Part shown: piece by piece, positions 1 to 9,321 of the stretch
Layout of the letters: every line of letters starts with the position of its first letter
Numbering within the stretch: position 1 is the stretch's first letter
Source: Flavobacteriales bacterium
GTDB taxonomy: Bacteria > Bacteroidota > Bacteroidia > Flavobacteriales > UBA7312
Length of the DNA stretch: 64,000 nt
Reading direction: 5' to 3'
Assembly: GCA_016779935.1 (NCBI GenBank)
Contig: JADHMQ010000010.1
Span: 3,572-67,571, forward strand
Notes under the pieces: model-generated
What the model was told of the DNA's origin: nothing
Database searches by the model: none
What the model saw: only the letters and a program-made list of their open reading frames with translations
Program-made: the position numbers and the translations under genes

Positions 1-1394
1 ACTTCAAACCTATCAGCATCTACACCAAAGACATCAACAAGATATCGAATAGCGTTTTCTGCTCTTTCCTTTGCTAACTCTAAATTGAAGTCAACAGTAC
101 CTCTGTTGTCAGCATGACCAACGACAAAGTATTTATCGCCCTCATTTTCATTCATAATTTTTGCAGCTATTGCTAGCCTTTTGAAGTCTTCACTACGAAT
201 TTTAGTACTTGCTGTACTGAAGAAAATTGATGGCAGAACAGTTGATGATGAATTGGCAGATGACTTTTTAGATACTTCTATACCTTGATAATTTACTATA
301 GCACCCTTAACAGAATTTTCTAAATCTCTACTGTCTGGAACACCGTCACCATCTGTATCTATTTCAACACCATCAGAATTTACCTTAGCATTTCTTGCTG
401 TGAAAAGATCTTTATCTTGATAATCGAAAACACCATCATTATCTACATCCATAGGTACCCCTGAACCGTCTACACTAACACCTTCAGGCGTTTCATTATC
501 TTTATCAAAGTAATCTGCAACACCATCTTCATCCGTATCTTTTGACATCTTTTGGACTTTTTGAGCAATACGTTTTTGAGTGTGATAAACTTCATTTAAT
601 GGATTATACCAAAGCACGGATTTCTTTTTTGAACCTAAAGAATAGTTCAGCCCTAGTGAAAATGACATAAATTTGTCTTTTGAAGCTAAAAGATCTCTTC
701 TTCCTGAGTTTTGAGCGACATCAATATAATCTGAATTAATCAAATAATATTTAATTTTTGCAGCAAAGTCAAAACGATCATTAATTTTAAACAATACATG
801 TGTTGCGGCTTTTACATATGCCTCTGTTTGCAAGTCTTTATTTTCTAAATCACTACTCTCATACCCTCTGTATCCTAAAACCTCATTATTTGATATTTTT
901 CTATGCACTGAACGGAATGACATAAGGCCAGCTCCAAATTCACCCAAGACTGTAAATTTTGAAGGTTTGAGTTTAGAAGTGTTCAGAACAAAATTTGATA
1001 AATTAAGCAGTAAACTTCCATCAAAATTTGTGTAATGTGCCAAAAATTTTGTTGATTCAGAATCCAAACTAGCACTGTAATCTGAAGAAGTGCAATAATC
1101 ACAACTGCCAAAAGCTCTTCTTATACCAGCTAACTTTCCAATACCAACCTCTGCTTGAAGGCCATAAACATTATTAAACATTTTTTTCACATTGACAGCT
1201 CCTGAAAATCGAAACTCATTAAAGTTCCCAACCCTTGAGGGATAAAAATCATGCTGTTTAATGTCACCCAAGAAAATATTGGAGGATAAGAAATCAGCAC
1301 CGACAGAAAATGAATTAAATTGTGAACTTCTCGTCTGAGCATATGAACTTAAAGAGCCAAGAAGAAGTAAAAAGACTATTGTTAAATTTTTCAT
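1..1394 (-). CDS. OmpA-family outer-membrane protein, 3' end runs off the window (signal peptide, barrel region, thrombospondin type-3-like Asp-rich repeats, OmpA C-terminal domain)
   Basis: Absent from the ORF track because it is truncated. My reverse-strand translation from ATG 1394..1392 gives [24 protein letters not shown]. The same frame later gives SKDTDEDGVADYFDKDNETPEG, MDVDNDGVFDYQDKD and ENEGDKYFVVGHADNRGTVDFNLELAKERAENAIRYL (OmpA_C signature). Confidence 0.85.
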   Translation of the reverse strand, partial: MKNLTIVFLLLLGSLSSYAQTRSSQFNSFSVGADFLSSNIFLGDIKQHDFYPSRVGNFNEFRFSGAVNVKKMFNNVYGLQAEVGIGKLAGIRRAFGSCDYCTSSDYSASLDSESTKFLAHYTNFDGSLLLNLSNFVLNTSKLKPSKFTVLGEFGAGLMSFRSVHRKISNNEVLGYRGYESSDLENKDLQTEAYVKAATHVLFKINDRFDFAAKIKYYLINSDYIDVAQNSGRRDLLASKDKFMSFSLGLNYSLGSKKKSVLWYNPLNEVYHTQKRIAQKVQKMSKDTDEDGVADYFDKDNETPEGVSVDGSGVPMDVDNDGVFDYQDKDLFTARNAKVNSDGVEIDTDGDGVPDSRDLENSVKGAIVNYQGIEVSKKSSANSSSTVLPSIFFSTASTKIRSEDFKRLAIAAKIMNENEGDKYFVVGHADNRGTVDFNLELAKERAENAIRYLVDVFGVDADRFE

Positions 1395-1535
1395 GATTTA
1401 AAATTATTTATTTTGCCCACAAAAGTACGTTATTTAATAAAACATTGTTAACAATGGTATATTTAAAATTATACCATGCACACACATCGTTTGTAACCTA
1501 ATAAATATATATTTGCAATTATCAACTAACTTTAA

Positions 1536-3230
1536 ATGAAATTCATGATAATGAAAAAGACAATTTTTTTCAAATCCTCAATAGTATTCACAGTTCTATT
1601 ATTACTTAGTTCTTGTGGATTAGATTTAATGGTTTCTAAGTTCAACACTTTAGAATACTCAGTCACGCCAACTCAGGTTGAAGTTCATGGCGGCGTAATC
1701 AATATTGAATTGGATGTCAATATTCCAAAAAAATATTTTCAAAAAAACGCTTCTGCTGAGTTCAGACCCATGCTAGCAGAGAGTGCTGACAGCGAAAACA
1801 AAGTGTTTTTTGAGCCTGTAAAACTACAAGGTGAAAAAGTTTCCTCTAACGGCAAAACTATTGGCTACGTAACTGGCGGTAAGTTTACTTATGAAGGTAG
1901 CGTTAATTATACCGATGATATGTTTGCATACGATCTATTTGCAACAGCTACAGCCACTATGAATGACAATAGTAAATACTTAGGTTCATTGAAAATTGCA
2001 GATGGCGTTATGGCTACTGCTACAAGAGTAAAAGACAATGAAGAGCCAAAATTTGCTGACCACACTTATGAAAAAGAAACTATCCTTGAAGAAACTGCTG
2101 TTATATACTTTACCGTAAATAACTCTACTGTAAGATATTCACAAAAAAGTTCTGATGAAGTAAAGCGATTAAAAGAATTCGCTAAACAAGGATTTAAGAC
2201 AAAAAATATTGAAATTTCTTCTTATGCTTCACCAGAAGGAAGCTTAGATGTTAACGATAAAGTTTCTAATAATAGATCTAAATCGACATTCTCCTACGCT
2301 AAGCGATTAATGAGGGATTTAAAAGTTGACGGAGCTTATAACGATGATATTTATATCAATAGTTCTAAAGGTGAAGACTGGGGCGGTTTCAATAAGCTTG
2401 TAAACTCTTCGGACTTAAAAGACAAAAGCAAGGTTTTAAATATTGTCAGAAATCAGAAAGACCCACAAAAACGAGAGGAAGCTATAAGGGATATGGCTGA
2501 AATTTATGACGCAATTGAAGATGATGTTCTTCCTAAACTAAGAAAAGCAACTATAACTCTTCGTGTGTATGAGCCTAAGAAAACGGATGAAGAAATTGCA
2601 TCTTTAGCTATTTCCAACCCTTCTCAGTTAGACATGAAAGAAATGCTATTTGCTGCTACTTTGTTAAATGACAATTCAATTAAGAAAACCATTTATAAGG
2701 CAACTACAAAAGCATATCCAAACGACTATAGAGCCTATAACAATTTACTATGCCTGAATATCATTGAAAAAGACTTCAATAGTGCTAAAATGAATTTAGG
2801 TAAAGCTGAAAAGTTAGGCGCTAACGCAAAGGAAGTAAGTGAAAACAAAGGAATAGTGGCTGCTTTTGAAGGCGATTTTGAAGGGGCTAATTCATTGTAT
2901 AACAAATCAGGAGCATCTGATTTAAATAAAGGCATACTAGCAATCAAAATGGGTAATTATAAATCCGCTAGCAGCAAACTAAAAGGTAATGGCTACAATG
3001 CCACACTTGCTCAAATCCTAAATGGGAATAATGCTACTACAAACGATAAAACAGCTGATGGATATTATCTAAACGCTATTTCAAATACACGCTCAGGCGA
3101 TTTTGGTAAAGCTGTACAAAACTTAACTCAAGCAATAAGTCTTGACGCAAAACTATCAGACGAGGCTGCTAAAGACGTTGAGTTCTTAAAACTAAAAGAT
3201 AACTTAGAATTTCAATCCTTAGTTAAATAA
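1536..3230 (+). CDS. Hypothetical lipoprotein with C-terminal TPR-like repeats
   Basis: 564-aa ORF with the lipobox-like signal LLLLSSCGL and a central SSYASPEGSLDVNDKVSNNRSK segment. The C-terminal third is Ala/Asn/Lys-rich and repeat-like. A hairpin terminator follows at 3257-3279. Confidence 0.6.
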   Translation: MKFMIMKKTIFFKSSIVFTVLLLLSSCGLDLMVSKFNTLEYSVTPTQVEVHGGVINIELDVNIPKKYFQKNASAEFRPMLAESADSENKVFFEPVKLQGEKVSSNGKTIGYVTGGKFTYEGSVNYTDDMFAYDLFATATATMNDNSKYLGSLKIADGVMATATRVKDNEEPKFADHTYEKETILEETAVIYFTVNNSTVRYSQKSSDEVKRLKEFAKQGFKTKNIEISSYASPEGSLDVNDKVSNNRSKSTFSYAKRLMRDLKVDGAYNDDIYINSSKGEDWGGFNKLVNSSDLKDKSKVLNIVRNQKDPQKREEAIRDMAEIYDAIEDDVLPKLRKATITLRVYEPKKTDEEIASLAISNPSQLDMKEMLFAATLLNDNSIKKTIYKATTKAYPNDYRAYNNLLCLNIIEKDFNSAKMNLGKAEKLGANAKEVSENKGIVAAFEGDFEGANSLYNKSGASDLNKGILAIKMGNYKSASSKLKGNGYNATLAQILNGNNATTNDKTADGYYLNAISNTRSGDFGKAVQNLTQAISLDAKLSDEAAKDVEFLKLKDNLEFQSLVK

Positions 3231-3256
3231 TTTAATGAATTTCTAAAATTTAAAAA

Positions 3257-3279
3257 GTCCGTTGTAACGGGCTTTTTTT
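3257..3279. terminator. Intrinsic terminator shared by convergent genes
   Basis: GTCCGT-TGTA-ACGGGC hairpin flanked by AAAAA upstream and TTTTTTT downstream. It lies between 1536-3230 (+) and 3278-3907 (-). Confidence 0.7.
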
Positions 3280-3907
3280 ATATAATAATTCTATGTATTC
3301 CTTTATCATAAGTCTGTTCGGTAAGCTTCACTAACTTATGGAAAGTGAACTTATCAGCAACAAAATCTTTGTCTGAAACATCTACAATAAGAACAGGATA
3401 ATCTGTTTGTTTTTTAAAAAAATCAAAATACTTATTCTGAATATCTAACAGATAAGTATCGGTAATATCTTGCTCATAATCTCGGCCTCTTTTAAGGATA
3501 TTTTGTTGCAATCGATTTACATTAGAGTGCAAATACAAAATTAAATCTGGCTTTGGTAAGTTGTTAAGGGCAATATCAGAAAGTCTATTGAACAATAATA
3601 ACTCGTCATCGGTTAAGTTATTCTTTGCGAACAACTTTGATTTAACGAAAAAATAATCTGAAACCAAGCCTTTTGAAAATAAGTTCTGGTCTCTAAGCTC
3701 ACCAAGTTGACGATAGCGTTCAGCCATAAAAAACAACTCTAATGAAAAGGCATACCTTTCAGGGTTTTTATAAAATTTAGGAAGAAATGGATTATCAGCA
3801 AACTCTTCTAAAATAAGCTTATAGCCCAACTTTTCAGACAGCATATTTGAAAAGGTAGTTTTCCCAACCCCAATATTTCCTTCTATAGCTATGAATTGAT
3901 AACTCAT
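3278..3907 (-). CDS. Deoxynucleoside kinase (dNK family), paralog 1
   Basis: P-loop IAIEGNIGVGKTT at the N-terminus, an ERY motif (FMAERYRQ) and RGRDYEQ, with the 209-aa length typical of dAK/dGK-type kinases. Its start overlaps the folK stop by 4 nt. Confidence 0.88.
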   Translation of the reverse strand: MSYQFIAIEGNIGVGKTTFSNMLSEKLGYKLILEEFADNPFLPKFYKNPERYAFSLELFFMAERYRQLGELRDQNLFSKGLVSDYFFVKSKLFAKNNLTDDELLLFNRLSDIALNNLPKPDLILYLHSNVNRLQQNILKRGRDYEQDITDTYLLDIQNKYFDFFKKQTDYPVLIVDVSDKDFVADKFTFHKLVKLTEQTYDKGIHRIII

Positions 3908-4389
3908 ACCTTAACTACTTTTGAATAATCTGTACACTCCTTTAATAAATCACTGATAGTCATCTTCAATACTGGGTGAACAAAACGTTCTGCTATTTCA
4001 CACAGTGGCAAAAGCGTAAAGCGTCTTTCCCAAATTCTAGGATGTGGAACGCTTAACTTCTTTGATTCTATAATGTCATTATTATAAAACAAAATATCTA
4101 TATCAATTTCTCGCGCTAAATATTCAATAGAATTTAGCCTCACTCTCCCTAATTCTTTCTCAATAAGTTGACATTCGTCTAAAACCTTATCCACTTCAAA
4201 ATCTGTTTTGATTAATAGCACTTTATTTAAAAATGAATTCTCATGACTAAACCCCCATGGAGGAGACTCATATAAAGAGGATTCTTTAACTACTTCTCCT
4301 ACATTACGAAATATAAGACCTACAGCTTTATCAATATACAATTTAGAGTCTCCTAAATTACTACCTAAAAGCAGATAAACATAATTCAT
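3904..4389 (-). CDS. folK: 2-amino-4-hydroxy-6-hydroxymethyldihydropteridine diphosphokinase (HPPK)
   Basis: 161 aa with MNYVYLLLGSNLGD..., SSLYESPPWG, REIDIDILFYN and LSVPHPRIWERRFTLLPL, which are classic HPPK motifs. Confidence 0.92.
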   Translation of the reverse strand: MNYVYLLLGSNLGDSKLYIDKAVGLIFRNVGEVVKESSLYESPPWGFSHENSFLNKVLLIKTDFEVDKVLDECQLIEKELGRVRLNSIEYLAREIDIDILFYNNDIIESKKLSVPHPRIWERRFTLLPLCEIAERFVHPVLKMTISDLLKECTDYSKVVKV

Positions 4390-4444
4390 TCTACTAATTT
4401 AATTAAGCTTAAAGAATAAATCCTACAAATATTCTAAAAAAATG

Positions 4445-4452
4445 TAACTTTG
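4445..4452 (+). promoter_or_regulatory. Bacteroidota-type -7 box TAACTTTG upstream of sppA
   Basis: Exact match to TAnnTTTG, 31 nt upstream of ATG 4483. Confidence 0.45.
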
Positions 4453-4482
4453 AATTCAATTGTTAAGCAAAATCTCTCAGCT

Positions 4483-6246
4483 ATGCTAAAATTCATTAAA
4501 AGCGTTTTCAAATCAGTTTTTGTTACTATAATTTCATTTTTTCTTATTGTCTTGATATGTGTTTTTATTGGTATTTCATCTTCTAGTTCAGAAAAAGAAG
4601 TTGTGGTGAAGGATAAAAGTATTCTTGAAATTAATCTAAATGATAAAGTGGTTGACAGAGGCTCAGAATTTGATTTTGATTTTAATTCAATACTCGATGA
4701 AGAAAATACATTTGGATTAAATACAATTCTCAAATCCATTGAAAAGGCTAAGTATGACGATAGAATTAGTGGTATTTATTTGAATATAGAAATGCCACAA
4801 ACGAGCTCTGCAACAACTAACGAAATCAGAAATAAACTTCAAGAATTTAAGGACTCAACAGACAAGTTTATAATTGCTTATAGTGAGGTGTATTCCCAAA
4901 AAAGCTATTACCTATCATCAGTAGCAGATGAAATCTACTTACACCCAGAGGGTGCTATAGAATTTAAAGGCCTTTCATATGAAGGGATGTTTTTTAAAGG
5001 TGCTTTAGAAAAATTGGAAGTAGAACCACAAATAATCAGACACGGTAAGTTTAAAAGTGCCATTGAACCTTTTATTCTTGACAAAATGAGTGACGAAAAT
5101 AGATTGCAAGTCAATCGTTTTCTTTCCTCTATATGGAATAATATGAAGATGGGAATTTCAAGGGCTAAGAATATTTCGGAAGATGAATTAAATACTCTTG
5201 CTGAAAATCTATCAGTTCAATCTCCTATTGACGCTGTTAACTTCGGATTGGCAGATGCTCTACTGTTTGAAGATCAAGTAAGCGATACCATCAGAAAAAA
5301 AATACAGATAGAAAAAGATGCTGAAATCAATAAAATATCTCTAAGAGAATATTCTGATGTAAGCGTTAAAACTGCTAAAAAGAAGTATTCCAAAGATAAG
5401 ATTGCTGTTATTTACGCTCAAGGTGGAATTAGTAGTGGAGAGGGAGATAATTTAAATATTGGTTCTGTTACTACTTCAAAAGCAATTAAAGATGCAAGAG
5501 AAGATAAAAAAGTTAAAGCGATAGTCTTAAGAGTCAACTCACCTGGTGGAAGTGCTTTAGCCTCTGAAACTATTTTGAGAGAAATGGAATTAGCAAAAGA
5601 AAGTAAACCTGTTGTTGTATCCATGGGTGATGTTGCTGCATCAGGAGGTTATTATATTTCTTGCAAAGCTGACACCATAGTTGCAAACCCTACAACTATA
5701 ACTGGATCAATTGGCGTATTTGGTATGTTGCCTAACCTTGAGAAAATGATGAAAAACAAACTCGGGATTACCACTGATAGAGTAAAAACAAATGCATATT
5801 CGGACTTGGGGTCACCATTTAGAGCTTTGACTACTAATGAAAGAGGTATTATACAAAATCAAGTTGAAAGAATTTATGACACTTTCATCACAAATGTTTC
5901 TGAAGGAAGAAATATGACAAAATCAGCTGTTGACTCCATTGGTCAGGGTAGAGTATGGACTGGAGAGGATGCCAAAGAATTAGGGCTCATAGATGTTCTT
6001 GGCGGATTAGAAGATGCTATAAATATAGCAGCTGAAATGGCAGGTTTAGATAATTACAGAATCAAAAATCTTCCTAAACTTAAAAATCCAATTGAAGAAA
6101 TTTTAGAAGATTTGGGCGGTCAAGTCACAACGAGGTTAGTGAAAAATGAAATAGGTGAATCGTATCAGTATTACCAACAAATAAATAATATAATGCAAAT
6201 GGAAAACGTACAAATGCGTATGCCTATGCAATTTGAGATTTATTAG
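4483..6246 (+). CDS. sppA: Signal peptide peptidase SppA, 67K type
   Basis: Duplicated S49 peptidase domains (LRVNSPGGSALASE, GDVAASGGYYIS) behind an N-terminal TM helix. The ORF-track start 4450 is the TTG inside a TAACTTTG promoter box, so ATG 4483 (MLKFIKSVF...) is preferred. Confidence 0.9.
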   Translation: MLKFIKSVFKSVFVTIISFFLIVLICVFIGISSSSSEKEVVVKDKSILEINLNDKVVDRGSEFDFDFNSILDEENTFGLNTILKSIEKAKYDDRISGIYLNIEMPQTSSATTNEIRNKLQEFKDSTDKFIIAYSEVYSQKSYYLSSVADEIYLHPEGAIEFKGLSYEGMFFKGALEKLEVEPQIIRHGKFKSAIEPFILDKMSDENRLQVNRFLSSIWNNMKMGISRAKNISEDELNTLAENLSVQSPIDAVNFGLADALLFEDQVSDTIRKKIQIEKDAEINKISLREYSDVSVKTAKKKYSKDKIAVIYAQGGISSGEGDNLNIGSVTTSKAIKDAREDKKVKAIVLRVNSPGGSALASETILREMELAKESKPVVVSMGDVAASGGYYISCKADTIVANPTTITGSIGVFGMLPNLEKMMKNKLGITTDRVKTNAYSDLGSPFRALTTNERGIIQNQVERIYDTFITNVSEGRNMTKSAVDSIGQGRVWTGEDAKELGLIDVLGGLEDAINIAAEMAGLDNYRIKNLPKLKNPIEEILEDLGGQVTTRLVKNEIGESYQYYQQINNIMQMENVQMRMPMQFEIY

Positions 6247-6260
6247 TTAGATTTGCTTTT

Positions 6261-6935
6261 GTGAGAGAGCAAGCACAAACACTTTTCCTTATACTTAGCG
6301 GCGTTTTTATTGCTGCCTTAGTAAGTTGTAACCTAATTTTTCAAAAGTTTTTTAGCTGGTCCCCATTCGGACTATATACATTTGAGATTTCCGTAGGAAT
6401 TTTACCTTACCCCATTACATTTCTAGTAACCGATATTATTTCGGAAATATATGGTAGAAAAAAAGCCAATAAAGTGGTTTTAGCAGGTTTATTTTCAAGC
6501 CTTTTTGTTCTTGCCATTATTATGGTAGCCAATGCCACTCAAGCAACAGAATGGTCACCCATTGACAACCAAGTATTTAGCAGTGTCTTTGGACTTACTG
6601 GCGTAGCTGTTGGTGCGTCTATGCTAGCATACTTACTGGCTCAATTTATAGATATACGTGTTTTTCACTTTTGGAAAAAACTAACTAAAGGAAAATATCT
6701 GTGGTTAAGAAACAATGCCTCTACTTTCACTTCTCAACTGGTAGATACTGCCACCATTTTGATACTATTATGTTTAAGCGAAAGTATTGCCTGGGACAAA
6801 TTCTGGCTCTTGTTACTAAATGGCTTTCTATTTAAAGTGATTATGGCTATGATTGACACCCCAATACTGTATTTAATTATCGGTATTATCCGTAAAAAGT
6901 TTAACTTGAAAGCAGGTCAAGAATTAGACTTTTAA
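6261..6935 (+). CDS. Queuosine-precursor transporter, YhhQ/DUF165 (VUT) family
   Basis: 224-aa polytopic membrane protein with ILPYPITFLVTDIISEIYGRKKA, typical of YhhQ. It has a GTG start. Confidence 0.8.
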   Translation: MREQAQTLFLILSGVFIAALVSCNLIFQKFFSWSPFGLYTFEISVGILPYPITFLVTDIISEIYGRKKANKVVLAGLFSSLFVLAIIMVANATQATEWSPIDNQVFSSVFGLTGVAVGASMLAYLLAQFIDIRVFHFWKKLTKGKYLWLRNNASTFTSQLVDTATILILLCLSESIAWDKFWLLLLNGFLFKVIMAMIDTPILYLIIGIIRKKFNLKAGQELDF

Positions 6936-7726
6936 TATTCCAAACTCACTACATAGCCCTGATGCTTTCTTATATTAAGAACATTCAGGTAATCAAGCAT
7001 TAAGTATTGTCCTTTTATTCCAGTAAGTACTCCTTCAATAACAGGGAGTTTATCAAAACCTAAACTCTTTACCTTTTCAGGGTAATCAAGAACGGGGTAA
7101 CTTAAATCCTGTAATTCAGAATCAACCACATACTTTCTTAAATCAGCGGACAGATTTTGAGTCATTTCCTTCTTTAACTCTACAAGGTTTATATTAGGGT
7201 TTATCTGGTTCTTCAACATCTTCTGCCAATGGGTTTTATCAGCAATAAAAGCTTTAAGAGATACTTCTATCATTCCCGCTAGGTATCTATTAGGCGCTTC
7301 AGCTAATATAATTGTTTGAACTGCCCCTTGGTCAATCCATCTAGTGGGAATTTGAGGTTTTCTGGTGATACCTACTTTAGCATTTGCTGTTAAAGCTAAA
7401 TACACTATTTGTGGGGTTAAATGGTATTTGGCTTCCCATTCCATATCCCTTCCAATGCCTAAATGAGCTTGACACCTTTCTGGATGAATAATACATTCTG
7501 AAGCTAAAGGTGAACTTTGAAAACATGGGTAGCACATACCTTGATTAAATGACTTATACGTTTTTGCTCCACAATTAGTGCAGAAAATATCATTCTCATA
7601 AGTTAGGCGAATACGTTTGTTAATTAACAAGTTCATATCAATCAATTCCTCACCAATGGGTAAATGGTAATGTATAGGTGCCTTCAGCTCTGCCTTCATT
7701 TTTAGTAATCCACCTGTTATTTTCAT
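6932..7726 (-). CDS. DUF2797-like zinc-ribbon protein
   Basis: 264 aa with CTNCGAKT...CYPCF and a conserved ECIIHPERCQAHLG...VYLALT..KVGITR block. I recognise this as DUF2797 from memory only. Confidence 0.6.
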   Translation of the reverse strand: MKITGGLLKMKAELKAPIHYHLPIGEELIDMNLLINKRIRLTYENDIFCTNCGAKTYKSFNQGMCYPCFQSSPLASECIIHPERCQAHLGIGRDMEWEAKYHLTPQIVYLALTANAKVGITRKPQIPTRWIDQGAVQTIILAEAPNRYLAGMIEVSLKAFIADKTHWQKMLKNQINPNINLVELKKEMTQNLSADLRKYVVDSELQDLSYPVLDYPEKVKSLGFDKLPVIEGVLTGIKGQYLMLDYLNVLNIRKHQGYVVSLEY

Positions 7727-7767
7727 TTCAAAATATTATTTTTATGCATCAATACTTTAACCAAGAT

Positions 7768-9288
7768 ATGATTTTTTCTTTAAAAAATTCATTAATGTCA
7801 TGGGTAATGAGAAAACGAATTCATCAAATAGATTTGTTCAGAAATTACCCTCATGAAGTTCAGCAAGAATGGCTTGAATCTCTATTAAACACAGCTAAAA
7901 ATACCGAATGGGGTAAGCAGTATAGGTTTAATGAAATACAATCTTATGAGGAATTCAAAAAAAGAGTTCCTATATCAGATTACAATGAACTTAGTCCATT
8001 TATCGACCGCTTAAGAAAAGGCGAAGAAAATATTTTATGGCCTAGCGAAAGTAAATGGTTTGCAAAATCATCTGGAACAAGTGGAAACAAAAGCAAATAC
8101 ATTCCCGTTACTAAAGAATCTCTCTATGATTGCCACTTTAAAGGCGGAAAGGATATGCTAACAATATACTGCGACAACTTCCCAGAAACACAAGTGTTCA
8201 ACGGAAAAAGTGTAATAATGGGCGGTAGTCATGAACCCTCCTTGAATGAACAAAAAAAGGAAGGGGATTTGTCTGCAATTATAGTAGAAAACTTACCCTT
8301 TTGGGTAAACGTGCACCAAACCCCAAATAAAGAAATTCGCCTAATGAACGATTTTGAAAAAAAAATCGACCAAATGGCTTTAATTACATCACAAGAAGAT
8401 GTTACTAATATTTCTGGAGTTCCTTCTTGGATGCTTGTTTTGTTTCATAAAATATTAGAAAAAACAGGGGCAAAAAATATCAGTGAAGTCTGGCCAAACC
8501 TTGAACTGTATATGCATGGCGGAGTACAATTTACACCTTATAAAAATCAGTTTAACACCCTTATTCCAAAAGGAGTCAACTACTTAGAAACCTACAATGC
8601 CTCAGAAGGTTTTTTCGGCATTCAAGATCAAAAGAATACCAATGACATGTTGCTTATGTTAGATTATGGTATTTTTTATGAATTTATCCCGACAGAAAAA
8701 TTAAGCGAACGAGAAGCTATTGGCATTTGGGATGTAAAACTTGGAGTTGATTATGCAGTCGTGATTTCTACCAATGCAGGCCTTTGGAGATACCTTATTG
8801 GTGATACGATACAATTCACCTCAATAAAGCCCTACCGCTTTATTATAAGTGGACGAATTAATCAATTTATAAATGCTTTTGGTGAAGAAATTATTATGGC
8901 AAATGCTGAACAAGCCATAAAAATAGCCTGTCAAAAAAACAATGCTGAAGTCAATGAGTACAGTGCAGCACCAAAATTTATGACAGATGGCAAAAAGGGA
9001 GCTCACGAATGGGTATTCGAATTTAACTCCCCTCCGAATAGCACAACTAAATTTATACATGACCTTGATAATGCTCTCAAAGAATTAAATTCAGATTATG
9101 CTGCCAAGAGAAACAAAGATATGGCACTAGAAATGCCAATTGTTCATTTTGTACAGAAAGGTTTTTTCTATAAATGGATGAAATCACAAGGAAAATTAGG
9201 GCGTCAATTTAAAGTGCCAAGACTTGCAAACCATCGTAATCACATTGAATCTATTTTTAATTTGATGGAAGCTATGAAATCAGAATAA
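7768..9288 (+). CDS. GH3 (auxin-responsive promoter) family acyl-adenylate-forming protein
   Basis: Motifs SSGTSGNKSKYIPVT, YNASEGFFG and RYLIGDTIQFTS match the GH3 family. The ORF-track GTG 7678 overlaps the divergent gene. ATG 7768 (MIFSLKNSLMSWVMRKRIHQ) is preferred, and ATG 7744 is the alternative. Confidence 0.85.
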   Translation: MIFSLKNSLMSWVMRKRIHQIDLFRNYPHEVQQEWLESLLNTAKNTEWGKQYRFNEIQSYEEFKKRVPISDYNELSPFIDRLRKGEENILWPSESKWFAKSSGTSGNKSKYIPVTKESLYDCHFKGGKDMLTIYCDNFPETQVFNGKSVIMGGSHEPSLNEQKKEGDLSAIIVENLPFWVNVHQTPNKEIRLMNDFEKKIDQMALITSQEDVTNISGVPSWMLVLFHKILEKTGAKNISEVWPNLELYMHGGVQFTPYKNQFNTLIPKGVNYLETYNASEGFFGIQDQKNTNDMLLMLDYGIFYEFIPTEKLSEREAIGIWDVKLGVDYAVVISTNAGLWRYLIGDTIQFTSIKPYRFIISGRINQFINAFGEEIIMANAEQAIKIACQKNNAEVNEYSAAPKFMTDGKKGAHEWVFEFNSPPNSTTKFIHDLDNALKELNSDYAAKRNKDMALEMPIVHFVQKGFFYKWMKSQGKLGRQFKVPRLANHRNHIESIFNLMEAMKSE

Positions 9289-9321
9289 TTCCTATTAAAT
9301 TAGTGGCTAAATTTTATTGAA

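Noticed and set aside
4434-4739. 101-aa minus-strand ORF overlapping the sppA start region
   Set aside because: It overlaps the sppA promoter and N-terminal coding region and has no recognisable domain. The folK gene already ends upstream, so it is most likely spurious.
7678-7767. Over-extended N-termini in the ORF track (GH3 from GTG 7678, and similarly 30216, 40544, 46480, 57865, 59642, 62582, 30343)
   Set aside because: The extensions overlap divergent genes or promoter boxes and add residues not expected for the respective families. Downstream ATG codons give canonical N-termini.
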